64,000 nucleotides of DNA. Origin: an uncultured Luteolibacter sp. GTDB taxonomy: Bacteria > Verrucomicrobiota > Verrucomicrobiia > Verrucomicrobiales > Akkermansiaceae. The stretch spans positions 16,481-80,480 of the forward strand of contig CAZMUK010000001.1 of assembly GCA_964569415.1 (NCBI GenBank), read 5' to 3'. Made by a program: the position numbers and the translations under genes. This document shows, one piece after another, positions 9,070 to 18,836 of the stretch; within the stretch, counting starts at the first letter, position 1, and each line of letters starts with the position of its first letter. Under the pieces are notes generated by a model that saw only the letters and a program-made list of their open reading frames with translations, was not told the origin of the DNA and searched no databases.

Positions 9070-10421
9070 GTCGGGAAATCCACCTCCTCCGGTTTGCGGG
9101 ACAGCCAGTCCTCGAGTTTTGCAAAGTGCTGCTCCCAAGTCGGCGGGGAAAACGAAGCGACCCGTTCCAACTGCCGCGTGCGTTCCCCGGGGGTGGCGGA
9201 TGCGAAGTGAAGGATGCGTTCGCTCCATGCCTGTGCGTCCTGTGGCGGGAGCAGTTCCGGGATGCCTTGGCCCGCCTCGCGGAATGCGGGGATGTCAGAT
9301 GCGATCACCGGCACGCCGAGTGCGAGGGCCTCGACCAGTGGCATGCCCCAGCCCTCCGCGTGAGACGGGAAGAGCAGGGCGCGTGCGCCGCGCATCCGCT
9401 CGAGGAGTTCCGCATCGGGCACGCCGCCCGCTTCCTCAACATGCGGCCGGATCTCCCGGCAGGTGTCGAGCAGACGGAACACCTCTTCGTTTTCCCAGCC
9501 GCGTTTGCCGATGATGACCAACCGCGGTACGCGTTCCGGGGGCAGGCATTCCGCGAAATGCCGCCAGACTTTCATCAAGAGCAGGTGGTTCTTGCGTGCC
9601 TCGATGGTTCCGATCGTGACGAAGACCGGAGGAGTCCCGCCATCGGCCGGATCCGCGACCGCGTTTCTCCCGGTCAGTGTGTCTTCCACGCCGATGGGGA
9701 TCACCGCGACGGGGCGCGCGGGGGCGCCGAGGCGGTTGCGCCACGCTTCCAGCCGTTCCGCCGTGTGTCGCGAGTTCACGATCAAACGGGTGCCGTAGCG
9801 AAACGCGTTGCGGATCCGCAGCAGGTGGCGTTGTCCCTCGTGGGCGCGGCAGTACTGCGGGAAGTCGCAGGGGATCGTGTCGTGGATGAAGAACACCCGT
9901 TCAAGCCGCGATTGTCTGGCGAGTGCGGCGAGAAAGGGAGTGCGGGTGAGCATCGCGTGCGAAATGCCGAAGTAGCGTCCGCGTTTCGAGTCCGTGCGCC
10001 ACGCCGGGTCGCAGCGGTAGAGGCCCGCCGAGGCGGAACTGTCGAGCAGGTCGAGCTTTTCCAGCAGCGGCCTTGTGCAGAGCTCCGCGGGATCGGCGAT
10101 ATTGGTGAGGGCGCGGAGTCCCCGTTTGCGTGCGCGCCATTTGGTTGCCGCGCGGATTGCCAGCGAGTTGTCGCGCAGCAGGCGCAGTCGTGCCGGGCGG
10201 GGCAGGCCGCTGCCGCGGGTCCATTGTTCCGCAATCTCGTCGGCGAGCGGAGCCGCCGTTCCCGCCGGGATTTCGGTGAAACCGGCTACCCCGTTGGCGA
10301 TGTAGCCCGCTCTGCCTTTCGCACGCAGCCAACGGAGGTAGGCGAGGTCGACTCTGTCGATTCCGCTCGGGCTGCCCGTTGCGGCGCGTTTCGCCAGGCG
10401 GGTGATGTCGAAGTAGTCCAT
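9066..10421 (-). CDS. Glycosyltransferase family 4, capsule-associated
   Basis: MDYFDITRL..SGIDRVDLAY, FFIHDTIPCDFPQY, IGTIEARKNH, FPSHAEGWGMPLVEALALG. Confidence 0.88.
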   Translation of the reverse strand: MDYFDITRLAKRAATGSPSGIDRVDLAYLRWLRAKGRAGYIANGVAGFTEIPAGTAAPLADEIAEQWTRGSGLPRPARLRLLRDNSLAIRAATKWRARKRGLRALTNIADPAELCTRPLLEKLDLLDSSASAGLYRCDPAWRTDSKRGRYFGISHAMLTRTPFLAALARQSRLERVFFIHDTIPCDFPQYCRAHEGQRHLLRIRNAFRYGTRLIVNSRHTAERLEAWRNRLGAPARPVAVIPIGVEDTLTGRNAVADPADGGTPPVFVTIGTIEARKNHLLLMKVWRHFAECLPPERVPRLVIIGKRGWENEEVFRLLDTCREIRPHVEEAGGVPDAELLERMRGARALLFPSHAEGWGMPLVEALALGVPVIASDIPAFREAGQGIPELLPPQDAQAWSERILHFASATPGERTRQLERVASFSPPTWEQHFAKLEDWLSRKPEEVDFPT

Positions 10422-10489
10422 GGGAAACGGCGGCCGCGTGCCCATCAAGCGCGGGGGAGCGGCCGTGGCCAAGCCGATTTCGCCGCTGT

Positions 10490-11776
10490 GTGATTGATGC
10501 GGCGCAAAATGCCCCTTGCTGGGTGTGCCGGAGGATCCGTAGCTTGTGGCTTGTGGGCCGCGGCGTCTTGTTGTCGACCCCCAGCCACGACCTCGCAGGC
10601 CGCTTGCTGGGGATCGGTGCCGTTTTTCCTGTCGTGGGTGGAGCGTTCCGGCGCTGGCAGAGGGTACGCGCAAAGCGTTTTCTCGCTGCCATGCGTGCCG
10701 GGGGAACCGCCCGCCTGATCGATGCCGTGCGGCAGCATCCGGAGGGGAGGGCTTTCCAAGCCGCCTTGGATGCATGGCTGGTGCGTGCCGCCGCCCGTCC
10801 GCTTCCGGCCTTGCGACCGTTGCCGGATGAATCCGCGGCCGAGGTCTGCCGTTGTTCGGTGGTGATCAACACCGTGGGGCGGCCCGCGGAATTGGAGCGC
10901 ACGCTGGAGGATCTCGCCGGATCCTGGGACGCGCGGGACGAACTTCTCATCGTGCTGGGTCCCGGCGATGACGAGAGCGCGGGTGTCGTCACGGGATCGG
11001 CATTGCCTTGCAAGCTGCTGCATTGCGGCGTGCGCAACCTCGCTGTGTCGCGCAACCTCGGCCTGCGAGCGGCGCGCGGAAAGCGGGTCGTGTTTCTCGA
11101 CGACGATGCCTCGCCCGAGCGTGGATGGATCGAGGCGTTGCTGGCGGCATTCGAGAGGGACGCATCGGTGGCGGTGGTGGCGGGTTTCGTGCGGGATGCC
11201 GAGGGACAACGCTTTCTCGACCGCTATGTGGTGTCCGACCTGCTCGGTGGGTCGTGCTGGCTCGACGACGCCTCGGATGCGGCGTGTGCGATCGAGGCTG
11301 CGGGCCCGGGCCGCGCGTTTCTGCGGGCGGTGGGCTGCAACATGGCCTTCGACCGCATCCGCCTGCTGCAGTGCGGCGGCTTTGATCCGGCCTATGCGTA
11401 TTTCCTCGAGGAAACCGATGCCGTCCTCCGCTTGTGGCAGACCGGCGCAAGCTGTGTGGCGGCCCCGGATGCGCGGGTGAGGCATCGGCTGGCCTCCAAT
11501 CCCGTCCGTTCCCCGGATGCACCGGCGGATCGCCTTCCGATCGTGCGCAGTCAACTGCACTTCCTGCACCGGCACGCCTTCGGCAAGGCTCCCGCATCCG
11601 CCATCGGTGCCGCAGTGTGGCTGCGCGTGCTGGAGGCGCTCGAGCGCATCGCACGCTCCAGCGGGCCGGGGCGGGCCGGGAAGCGGCGCTGCGGCGAAGG
11701 GCAAAGGGAAACCCTCGCCTTGCTCGCCTCCGAACTGCGCGAAGTACCGGGGCGGGATGGTCCGCTGCAGGAATGA
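10490..11776 (+). CDS. Glycosyltransferase family 2 (start uncertain)
   Basis: SVVINTVGRP, NLAVSRNLG, VFLDDDA (DXD), GCNMAF, FDPAYAYFLEETD. Confidence 0.8.
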   Translation: MIDAAQNAPCWVCRRIRSLWLVGRGVLLSTPSHDLAGRLLGIGAVFPVVGGAFRRWQRVRAKRFLAAMRAGGTARLIDAVRQHPEGRAFQAALDAWLVRAAARPLPALRPLPDESAAEVCRCSVVINTVGRPAELERTLEDLAGSWDARDELLIVLGPGDDESAGVVTGSALPCKLLHCGVRNLAVSRNLGLRAARGKRVVFLDDDASPERGWIEALLAAFERDASVAVVAGFVRDAEGQRFLDRYVVSDLLGGSCWLDDASDAACAIEAAGPGRAFLRAVGCNMAFDRIRLLQCGGFDPAYAYFLEETDAVLRLWQTGASCVAAPDARVRHRLASNPVRSPDAPADRLPIVRSQLHFLHRHAFGKAPASAIGAAVWLRVLEALERIARSSGPGRAGKRRCGEGQRETLALLASELREVPGRDGPLQE

Positions 11777-11840
11777 CTCGACTTGCCGCCGCGCCAACGC
11801 AGCATCCCGGGCGGACCGCGCGCGGGCGGGAACCTTGCCG

Positions 11841-12872
11841 ATGAGCTTGAATTTCCAGCAGATTCTTGAAAAGCCGCGGGGCTTTTTCTGGCCGGCGCGG
11901 GTCAAGGAAATGAAGCGCCGGGCCTGGCGCTCGCTGCAGCGACTGCGACCGGTGCAGGACCACACCGCACGCATCCGGCCCGGGGCGCGCCTGTTGCTAA
12001 CCATGGGCCGCGACGAGAACCCGCGCATCCCGCATTTCCTCGAGTACTACCGCAAGCTCGGCATCGACCACTTCTTGTTTGTCGACAACCAGTCCTCGCC
12101 GCCGATGGCCGACTTGCTTGCCGGACAGCCCGATGTCTCGTTGTGGCATACCGACGAAGGCTACGCCGAAACACGATTCGGAGTCGACTGGATGAACGCG
12201 CTTCTCGCGCGCCATGCGGTGGGCCACTGGGTGCTGACGGTCGACCTCGATGAGTACTTTGTCCACCCCTTCATGGAGACGCGGCCCTACGGCGAGTTGC
12301 TTTCCCATCTCGACGATCTCGACAAGCCGTCGCTCTACGCATTGATGATCGACATGTATCCCGCCGGCCCGATCGCAGCGGCAGAGGTACCGCAGGGAGC
12401 CTCCCCGCTTGAGTACGCGCCGTACTTCGACCGTGCCGGCTACTACATGGCGCGCGGCGGTCACGGCGACACCTGGGCGCGCGGCGGACCGCGTTTGCGG
12501 GTGTTCCACCCGGACGATTTCACGGCCGCGCCCGCCATCAACAAGATCCCGCTCATCAACTGGCGGCGGCACTTCGTGTACTACAGCAGCACGCACGCCG
12601 CCTACCCCGCCCGGCTCAACCGCATGCAGCGCACCATCCACGAGCCCACCGGCGCGTTGCTCCACTTCAAGTTCGTCTCCTCGATCCGCGAGAAGATCGA
12701 TTCCGCGTTGCGCCTGCGCAACCACTATGAGGGATCGCGCGAGTACGAGAAATACAGGGAGCGGATCGACGACGGGGGCGGGCTGTGCCTGCGTTCGCCG
12801 GCATCGGCACGCTACGAGGGATCCCGCTCGCTGATCGATTGCGGGTTGATGACGCCCGGAGGCTGGAGTTGA
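11841..12872 (+). CDS. Glycosyltransferase family 2 (Glyco_tranf_2_4-like)
   Basis: RDENPRIPHFLEYYRKLGIDHFLFVDN, WVLTVDLDEYF, ALLHFKF. Start at MSLNF (11841). Confidence 0.82.
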   Translation: MSLNFQQILEKPRGFFWPARVKEMKRRAWRSLQRLRPVQDHTARIRPGARLLLTMGRDENPRIPHFLEYYRKLGIDHFLFVDNQSSPPMADLLAGQPDVSLWHTDEGYAETRFGVDWMNALLARHAVGHWVLTVDLDEYFVHPFMETRPYGELLSHLDDLDKPSLYALMIDMYPAGPIAAAEVPQGASPLEYAPYFDRAGYYMARGGHGDTWARGGPRLRVFHPDDFTAAPAINKIPLINWRRHFVYYSSTHAAYPARLNRMQRTIHEPTGALLHFKFVSSIREKIDSALRLRNHYEGSREYEKYRERIDDGGGLCLRSPASARYEGSRSLIDCGLMTPGGWS

Positions 12873-12893
12873 AGGGAAGATGGAACAGACATC

Positions 12894-14399
12894 ATGAAAC
12901 TCGGTTTCCTCATTCTCGCCCACGACCGTCCCGATCAGGTGCGGCGGCTCTGCGCGACGCTCGCGGCCGGGGGCGACCGAGTGGTGGTGCACTACGACGC
13001 CGCCGCGGCGGCCGCGGACCGCGAGGCGGTGGCGCGCATTGCCGCGGAGCATGCCGGACAGGTGCGTGTCATCTCAAAAGTTCGCTGCCGTTGGGGCGAG
13101 TGGAGCCTTGTGGAGGCGGTGCTCCATGCCTTGCGGGAATTCGCCGCGATGGCGGACCCGCCCGACCACATTCACCTCATGAGCGCCGCCGAATGCCCGC
13201 TGCGGCCCTTGGCCGACCTCCGCGAATTCCTGCGCCGCCACCCCGACCGCGATTTCATCGAGTGCAAGGACATCGGCCGCGGCGAGTGGGTCAAGGGCGG
13301 GCTGGGGATCGAGCGGTTCCGCTTCCATTTCCCCTTCAACTACCGCAGTTCGCGCAAAGCATTCGATCGCCTCGTTTGGCTGCAGCGCAAGCTCAGGATC
13401 CGGCGGAAAATGCCCTGCGGCCTGCGCCCGCACATGGGGTCCCAGTGGTGGACCATGCGCTGGTCGACCTGCGAAGCCTTGCTCGCGTTCATCGACGCCA
13501 ATCCGCGCGTGACGCGCTACTTCCGCAGCACCTGGATCCCCGACGAATCCTTCGTGCAGACGCTCGTGGCCAAGCTGGTGCCGCGCGCGGAGATCGCCGA
13601 TCTGCAACTCACCTTCCACCATCTCACGCCCACGGGCCGGCCCTATGTGTTTCACGACGACCATCTTGGCCTGCTGCGGCGGATTCCCCATTTCTTCGCG
13701 CGCAAGGTGTCCGCCGCGGCTGGCGTGGTCTGGAGCGAACCATGGACCGATCCCTCCCGCACGCGGCGCATTCCCTCTCCGCGTCACCTTGCCCTCGTGC
13801 GCGATCTCCTGCGTTCCAGAATTGATAACAATTATATCATTTCCCGTCCGGTGCCGGGACATTCCCCGGATCCTGCTCCCTTGGATGCGGCGGGGCTTGC
13901 GGCGCGGCCGCCGTTCCGCGGCACGAGACCCTTCGTGCTCTGCCTGCTTGGGGAAACGGCCCTTGCCGGGGAGGTTCGCGCGGCGGTCTCGGCGCAGGAC
14001 AACTGCCTCTGGCTCGGCAGGCCCTTCGCTCCCGCGGCGGTGGACAGTCCTGCCGCGGTTCTCGATCCGATGGGCGCCTCGCCCGCCGCATGGAGATTGC
14101 GCGACGCCTTTCCCGCCGATTTCGTGCGCCAGCTGCTCGACGCCTGTCCGGCGGGACTTCTTCCGGTCGGCGTCGTTTGCCTCGGCGAGGACCGCCTCGA
14201 CATCAGCGTCCTCGAGCCGATGGACGGACTGCTGCCCTTGCTTGTGACGCGCGACCGGCCCTCCGCGTGGACGGTGTCCCGGGTCGCCGGCGTGCTGCAG
14301 CGGCAGAGTCCGCTGGCTGCCGGAAGGATGGTGGCGGTCTGCCTCGCCGACTTGCCGAGGGAGCTTGCGTGTGCGGGTGTTTCTCCATTCCACCCCTGA
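12894..14399 (+). CDS. Core-2/I-branching (GT14-like) glycosyltransferase with C-terminal extension
   Basis: MKLGFLILAHD, CRWGEWSLVEA, IHLMSAAECPLRP, GSQWW, IPDESFVQTL, FFARK. Confidence 0.85.
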   Translation: MKLGFLILAHDRPDQVRRLCATLAAGGDRVVVHYDAAAAAADREAVARIAAEHAGQVRVISKVRCRWGEWSLVEAVLHALREFAAMADPPDHIHLMSAAECPLRPLADLREFLRRHPDRDFIECKDIGRGEWVKGGLGIERFRFHFPFNYRSSRKAFDRLVWLQRKLRIRRKMPCGLRPHMGSQWWTMRWSTCEALLAFIDANPRVTRYFRSTWIPDESFVQTLVAKLVPRAEIADLQLTFHHLTPTGRPYVFHDDHLGLLRRIPHFFARKVSAAAGVVWSEPWTDPSRTRRIPSPRHLALVRDLLRSRIDNNYIISRPVPGHSPDPAPLDAAGLAARPPFRGTRPFVLCLLGETALAGEVRAAVSAQDNCLWLGRPFAPAAVDSPAAVLDPMGASPAAWRLRDAFPADFVRQLLDACPAGLLPVGVVCLGEDRLDISVLEPMDGLLPLLVTRDRPSAWTVSRVAGVLQRQSPLAAGRMVAVCLADLPRELACAGVSPFHP

Positions 14400-14421
14400 C
14401 CATCCGCGGGCATCCCCGGCA

Positions 14422-16764
14422 ATGAAATTCCTAAACCAACAACGCGAGGCTGCAGAGGATCCGGGGAGGCTCGGCATCGAGGTGCTGGGGCGTTTCGGAA
14501 ATTATCATTATGTCGGGGGATGGATCGAGGGAGGCCCGATCCCGTCCTTGCCCCGTTCGTATTTTTTCCACGGTGTTGCGCGGCCGATCTCGCCCGAGTC
14601 GTCGTATGTGCGGGATGTTGGCGCGAATGCTGAGCGCAGGGAGTTCCTTGATCTTTTCTGGGTCAACGACGGCTACCTCTTGGAGGTCGATTCCGGGCAT
14701 CCGTTCACGGCCGGCTTCGCGCATTCGGGCGGCGGGCCTCCGCTCAAGCCGGTGCGGGTCGAATCCGTGGCTGCGGGCGACGGCGGCAGCCTGATCGGTG
14801 CGCTCGAGGCGGTCGCCTGCAAGGGAGCATGGACCGACCGGATTCTTTTTGAGATTCTCGGCGAATGTGGCGAGGGCGATCGTGAATCTTACGCGGCCGC
14901 TGCGGTGGCACGGATCGGGTGGGACGCATATCGTGATGCCTTCCTCCGGCGGCATCTTGCATCCGGTGGCAGCGAGCGGGATCTTGCGTTTCTTTCGTTC
15001 CTGTGTGATGCCGCCGTCTGTTTTCATGGCGATCGGATGCCGCGGGAGATGTTGGCACGATTGAGTGCCGAGGCCGACGGTTTCCGCGATGGCACGAGCG
15101 GGATCCCGGTCGCGGCCGGTTTGGTCAAGGCGCTCTCTCAGGCCGATCCCGAGCGGGCCTGTCGTTTGGCACTATGGGTTTTGCGCGAGCGGATGCCGTG
15201 CCGGGAGGATGTGGCATCGGTCATCCGCCGCTGCCTTCCCGCGGATTCCCAGTGGTGGTTGCATCATGCCCTGCTCAACGCGGAACTCGGGGCCGGGCAG
15301 GTTGCCGACGCCCTCGGATGTGCCGGGTTGGCGGCTGCTGTCGGAAACCGCGCGGATCTCGCGGCGATCTGCCTCGAGGCTGCGTGCCTGGCCGATCCGG
15401 ACGCCCAGGGCGCGGCATGGAACGCCGGATGGTTTTGTGTCACGCGGAACGAGTCGCACCGCGCCTCCGCCCACTTCGCGCGGATCACCCGCCATTACAC
15501 CCGCCAATCGCTTTGCACGAACTGGCCGCACCAGGGTCGACAACCCTGGCCCGCTTGGCTTTTGCCGAAGGAATGCTTTCCTCTTCCGGAAGGTCTTGCC
15601 GGATGGCCGCGCATCACGGTCATCACGCCCTCGTACAACCAAGGAGCCTACATTGAGGAAACCATTCTTTCCATTCTGAACCAGGGATATCCCAACCTCC
15701 AATACATCGTCGTGGACGGAGTTTCCACCGATGGCACGCGAGAGGTGCTCGAGAGGTACCGCGACCGCATCGACCATCTCATCATCGAGAAAGACAACGG
15801 CCAGACCGAGGCGATCAACAAGGGCTTGCGGCTTGCTGACGGGGATCTCGTGGCATGGCTCAACAGCGACGACATGTATGCGCCGGGCGCTTTGCATGCC
15901 GCTGCCTTGCGCTGGATGGAGGGGGGAGCCGAGGTTGTCGCCGGCATTTGTGCCGAGCATTCGGACCATGAGCTGCTGATCATCAACAAGCCTTGCGCGG
16001 GGCTCGGGGAATTTTCCGTCGAGGGTCTTTCCGGTATTTTCGAACGATGGTTCCGCGGATGGTATTTTTATCAGCCAGAGGTCTTTTTCGAGAGGGCTCT
16101 CATTGAAAAGGTCGGCCTGCTCGACGAGACTCTCCACTACGCGATGGATGGTGAGTTGTGGATGCGCTTCGCATCCGCAGGCGCGCGACTGGCTGTCGTC
16201 GGCTGGCCTTTTGCGTTCTTCCGCAAGCATGGAGAGCAGAAGACCCATTCCCCCTTGCCGTGGTTGCGCGAGCAGGCGGCGGTCCGTGCGCGCTTCATCA
16301 AGCCGCGGGCTTCGGGAAGCCGTGCCGCCGGGATTCTCAACGGACTGCGGCACCTTCGGGAGCTCGGCGCGGTGCGGGTCGGTGTGGTCGGGCCTCCCCT
16401 TTGCGGAGAGGACCGGCTTGCCGCGGAGCGTGCGCTTGGTGGGCTATTGGGGGTCGGGCTCTCGTTTGAGGATGGAGACAGGATTTCCGGGGCCGACCTT
16501 CTTTTGTTCCGTCCGGTGTCCGGGGATGATTGGAGGAACTGCTTCGAGGCCCGGGGTTCCCTTGGCGGCGGTTTCGCGGTCGGGTGGTTCCGTCACCAAC
16601 CCGAGGACCCGTTCGAGGCCTTTGCCCTCGCGTCGTCGCTGGATGTGATCGCATCCCCTTGCGAGCAGGATTTCGAGTACCTCCGCAGTGCCGAGGTTCT
16701 CTTTGGATCCGATCTTGAAACCATGGCCCGGGAAGCGAATTTGGGTCTTGAACCTCCGGGGTGA
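14422..16764 (+). CDS. Multi-domain GT2 glycosyltransferase (unknown N-terminal domain, helical region, GT2)
   Basis: WPRITVITPSYNQGAYIEETILSILNQGYPNLQYIVVDG, WLNSDDMY, YQPEVFF, YAMDGELW. The N-terminal region is shared with the next gene. Confidence 0.85.
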   Translation: MKFLNQQREAAEDPGRLGIEVLGRFGNYHYVGGWIEGGPIPSLPRSYFFHGVARPISPESSYVRDVGANAERREFLDLFWVNDGYLLEVDSGHPFTAGFAHSGGGPPLKPVRVESVAAGDGGSLIGALEAVACKGAWTDRILFEILGECGEGDRESYAAAAVARIGWDAYRDAFLRRHLASGGSERDLAFLSFLCDAAVCFHGDRMPREMLARLSAEADGFRDGTSGIPVAAGLVKALSQADPERACRLALWVLRERMPCREDVASVIRRCLPADSQWWLHHALLNAELGAGQVADALGCAGLAAAVGNRADLAAICLEAACLADPDAQGAAWNAGWFCVTRNESHRASAHFARITRHYTRQSLCTNWPHQGRQPWPAWLLPKECFPLPEGLAGWPRITVITPSYNQGAYIEETILSILNQGYPNLQYIVVDGVSTDGTREVLERYRDRIDHLIIEKDNGQTEAINKGLRLADGDLVAWLNSDDMYAPGALHAAALRWMEGGAEVVAGICAEHSDHELLIINKPCAGLGEFSVEGLSGIFERWFRGWYFYQPEVFFERALIEKVGLLDETLHYAMDGELWMRFASAGARLAVVGWPFAFFRKHGEQKTHSPLPWLREQAAVRARFIKPRASGSRAAGILNGLRHLRELGAVRVGVVGPPLCGEDRLAAERALGGLLGVGLSFEDGDRISGADLLLFRPVSGDDWRNCFEARGSLGGGFAVGWFRHQPEDPFEAFALASSLDVIASPCEQDFEYLRSAEVLFGSDLETMAREANLGLEPPG

Positions 16765-18836
16765 ATGCCATTGGTTCTCGCGTGTCGACCGGATGCCGCA
16801 TCTTTGCCCTGTCCGCGCTTTTCAAGCTCCGTCATGTTCCTTCCCGCGCCCTCATGAATCAGGATCAAGGCACAGTGGGGATGCGGGTGGCTGTCGGCGG
16901 AAGGGTGGGAAACTATTTTTTCGTCCACGGTTGGCAGGGCCTGTGCCCGCCGAAGAAGGCCGTTTTCCGTTACGAACTTGTCTCCACTTCCGCGAGTTCC
17001 GCGCCGGAATTCGCGTTCAGCTCGAGGGTGCCGCGGAATGGTTCCGACGGTGCCCCGGATGCGCGGCGCGCGCGCCATGCAGGAGGGTTTCTCCATCTGT
17101 TTTGGATCAACGACGGGTACAAGGCCGATGTCTCCGCAGAGGCACCGATGCGTCTGTCCCTTTCAAACGGTCCGGGCCGGGATGCTCTTGCGGTGGTCGA
17201 CATCACCGTACTGGGCGAGAAGGACGGAGGTGCATTTCTCCGGGTGCTTGAGGCCAGCCGGACCTCTGAGGTGTGGCTGAACCGGGTGGTGCTTGAGATC
17301 GTGCCCCTGCTTGATGAAGCGTCCCGCAAGCGCTTTTACGCCGCGCTTCCCGCGGTAACGGCGTGGGAAAAGGCGGAGAAGCCGCTGCTCGCCAGTCTCG
17401 AGCGGCACGATGCCGGTGTGTCGCTCGCGGCCCGGAGCGCCTTTTACCATGGCGCCTCTGCGTGCGGCAGGGTGTCCGGCAAGCTGGGCCGACGGCTGGT
17501 GCGGTGTGTTGCCGCTCTGTCCTCGGCGTGGGATTCTGCATCCGATCGTCTCACCAATGCGGCGGAGGCTGCGCTGCACTTGGAGGATGAGAACCGCGCG
17601 CTGCTTGGCCAACTGCATCTTGTCCAAGAGGAGCTTGAGCTGCTGTTGCTGGAGAACCGCAGGATCCGTGGCGAGCGGGACGGCGCCGTCAGGGAACGGG
17701 ATTTGCTTCGCAAGGAGTCCCACGGTCGCGCGGCGAGGATCAGCGAGCTGGAGATCCGGCTCGCGGCATCCGGCGCGCAGGCGGATCCCGCCGCGGATGG
17801 CTCCCCATTGTCTCCGGAGCTTTGCGAGGCGGCCTTTTTAGTGGCATCCTCGGCAAATCCGACCGAGGCCGTCGCCACAACCCTGGGGGTCCAGGGGATC
17901 ACTCCGTGGAATCGGTTCCTTTTTCTGCGAGAGGTGGCCAAGCTTTTCTTCGCCGCGCGCAACCGGATGGTGGCCCTCGGGTTTATCGAGGAGGCCTCCC
18001 GTTCGCTCGACGGGCTTCCCGAAAGCTGCCGGGCGGTGCTTGTCCGCGACCTTCTCGCGATGGGCGGCGCGGAGGAGGCTTTTGAAATGGCGCTGCGCGG
18101 GATCGGTGGCGAGGCGGCCTATTCTCCGGAGGAAAGGCAACTCCTGCAAACCGCGCGCGACGCATTGCAGCAGAGGATTTACGACGACAAAGGCCATGGT
18201 CACGAAGTTCTGCTCTCGTTTCTCTCCGCCAACGCGGGAGCGATCCGCGAGGCCAAGGGCGGCGGTCCGCCGGTGCTCATCGAGATCGGGACCACCCGTG
18301 AGAGTGCCTCCGGACAAGGATCCACACGGCGGCTCATGGAATTCTGCCGCAAGGAGGGATTCCATTTTATCACGGTCGACATGGATTCGGCGAACGCGGA
18401 GATGGCGGCGCTGATGTTCCGTGAGAACGGCGTGCCTTTCGAGGCCGTGCATTCCAAGGGAGAGGACTTTCTCGCCGCCATGGAGGGAAGCATCGACTGC
18501 GTGTTTCTGGATGCCTATGACTTTGATCACGGCAGGCATAGCGAATTGCGACAGTCGCGTTACGAGAAGTTCCTCGGCGCGCGCATCAGCGATGCGGACT
18601 GCCACCGGATGCATCTCGACTGCGCCAAGGCGGTTGCCGCCCGGATGATGCCGTGGACGGTGGTTTGCATGGACGATACCTGGCTGGAGGACGGCCGGTG
18701 GGTCGCCAAGGGCGCGCTCGCCATGCCCTTTCTTCTCAATGAGGGGTTGGGCTTTCTCGATGTGAGGAACCGTTCCGCATTGTTGGGCGGACCGCAATGG
18801 TTCCGGCCCTGCCCACCCTCCCCTGCGCAACCATGA
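16761..18836 (+). CDS. Hypothetical protein: shared N-terminal domain, coiled coil, C-terminal SAM-methyltransferase-like domain
   Basis: Coiled coil EDENRALLGQLHLVQEELELLLLENRR; MTase-like VLIEIGTTRE, ITVDMD, DCVFLDAYD, VCMDDTW. The GTG start overlaps the previous stop; an alternative ATG is at 16854. Confidence 0.7.
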   Translation: MNAIGSRVSTGCRIFALSALFKLRHVPSRALMNQDQGTVGMRVAVGGRVGNYFFVHGWQGLCPPKKAVFRYELVSTSASSAPEFAFSSRVPRNGSDGAPDARRARHAGGFLHLFWINDGYKADVSAEAPMRLSLSNGPGRDALAVVDITVLGEKDGGAFLRVLEASRTSEVWLNRVVLEIVPLLDEASRKRFYAALPAVTAWEKAEKPLLASLERHDAGVSLAARSAFYHGASACGRVSGKLGRRLVRCVAALSSAWDSASDRLTNAAEAALHLEDENRALLGQLHLVQEELELLLLENRRIRGERDGAVRERDLLRKESHGRAARISELEIRLAASGAQADPAADGSPLSPELCEAAFLVASSANPTEAVATTLGVQGITPWNRFLFLREVAKLFFAARNRMVALGFIEEASRSLDGLPESCRAVLVRDLLAMGGAEEAFEMALRGIGGEAAYSPEERQLLQTARDALQQRIYDDKGHGHEVLLSFLSANAGAIREAKGGGPPVLIEIGTTRESASGQGSTRRLMEFCRKEGFHFITVDMDSANAEMAALMFRENGVPFEAVHSKGEDFLAAMEGSIDCVFLDAYDFDHGRHSELRQSRYEKFLGARISDADCHRMHLDCAKAVAARMMPWTVVCMDDTWLEDGRWVAKGALAMPFLLNEGLGFLDVRNRSALLGGPQWFRPCPPSPAQP

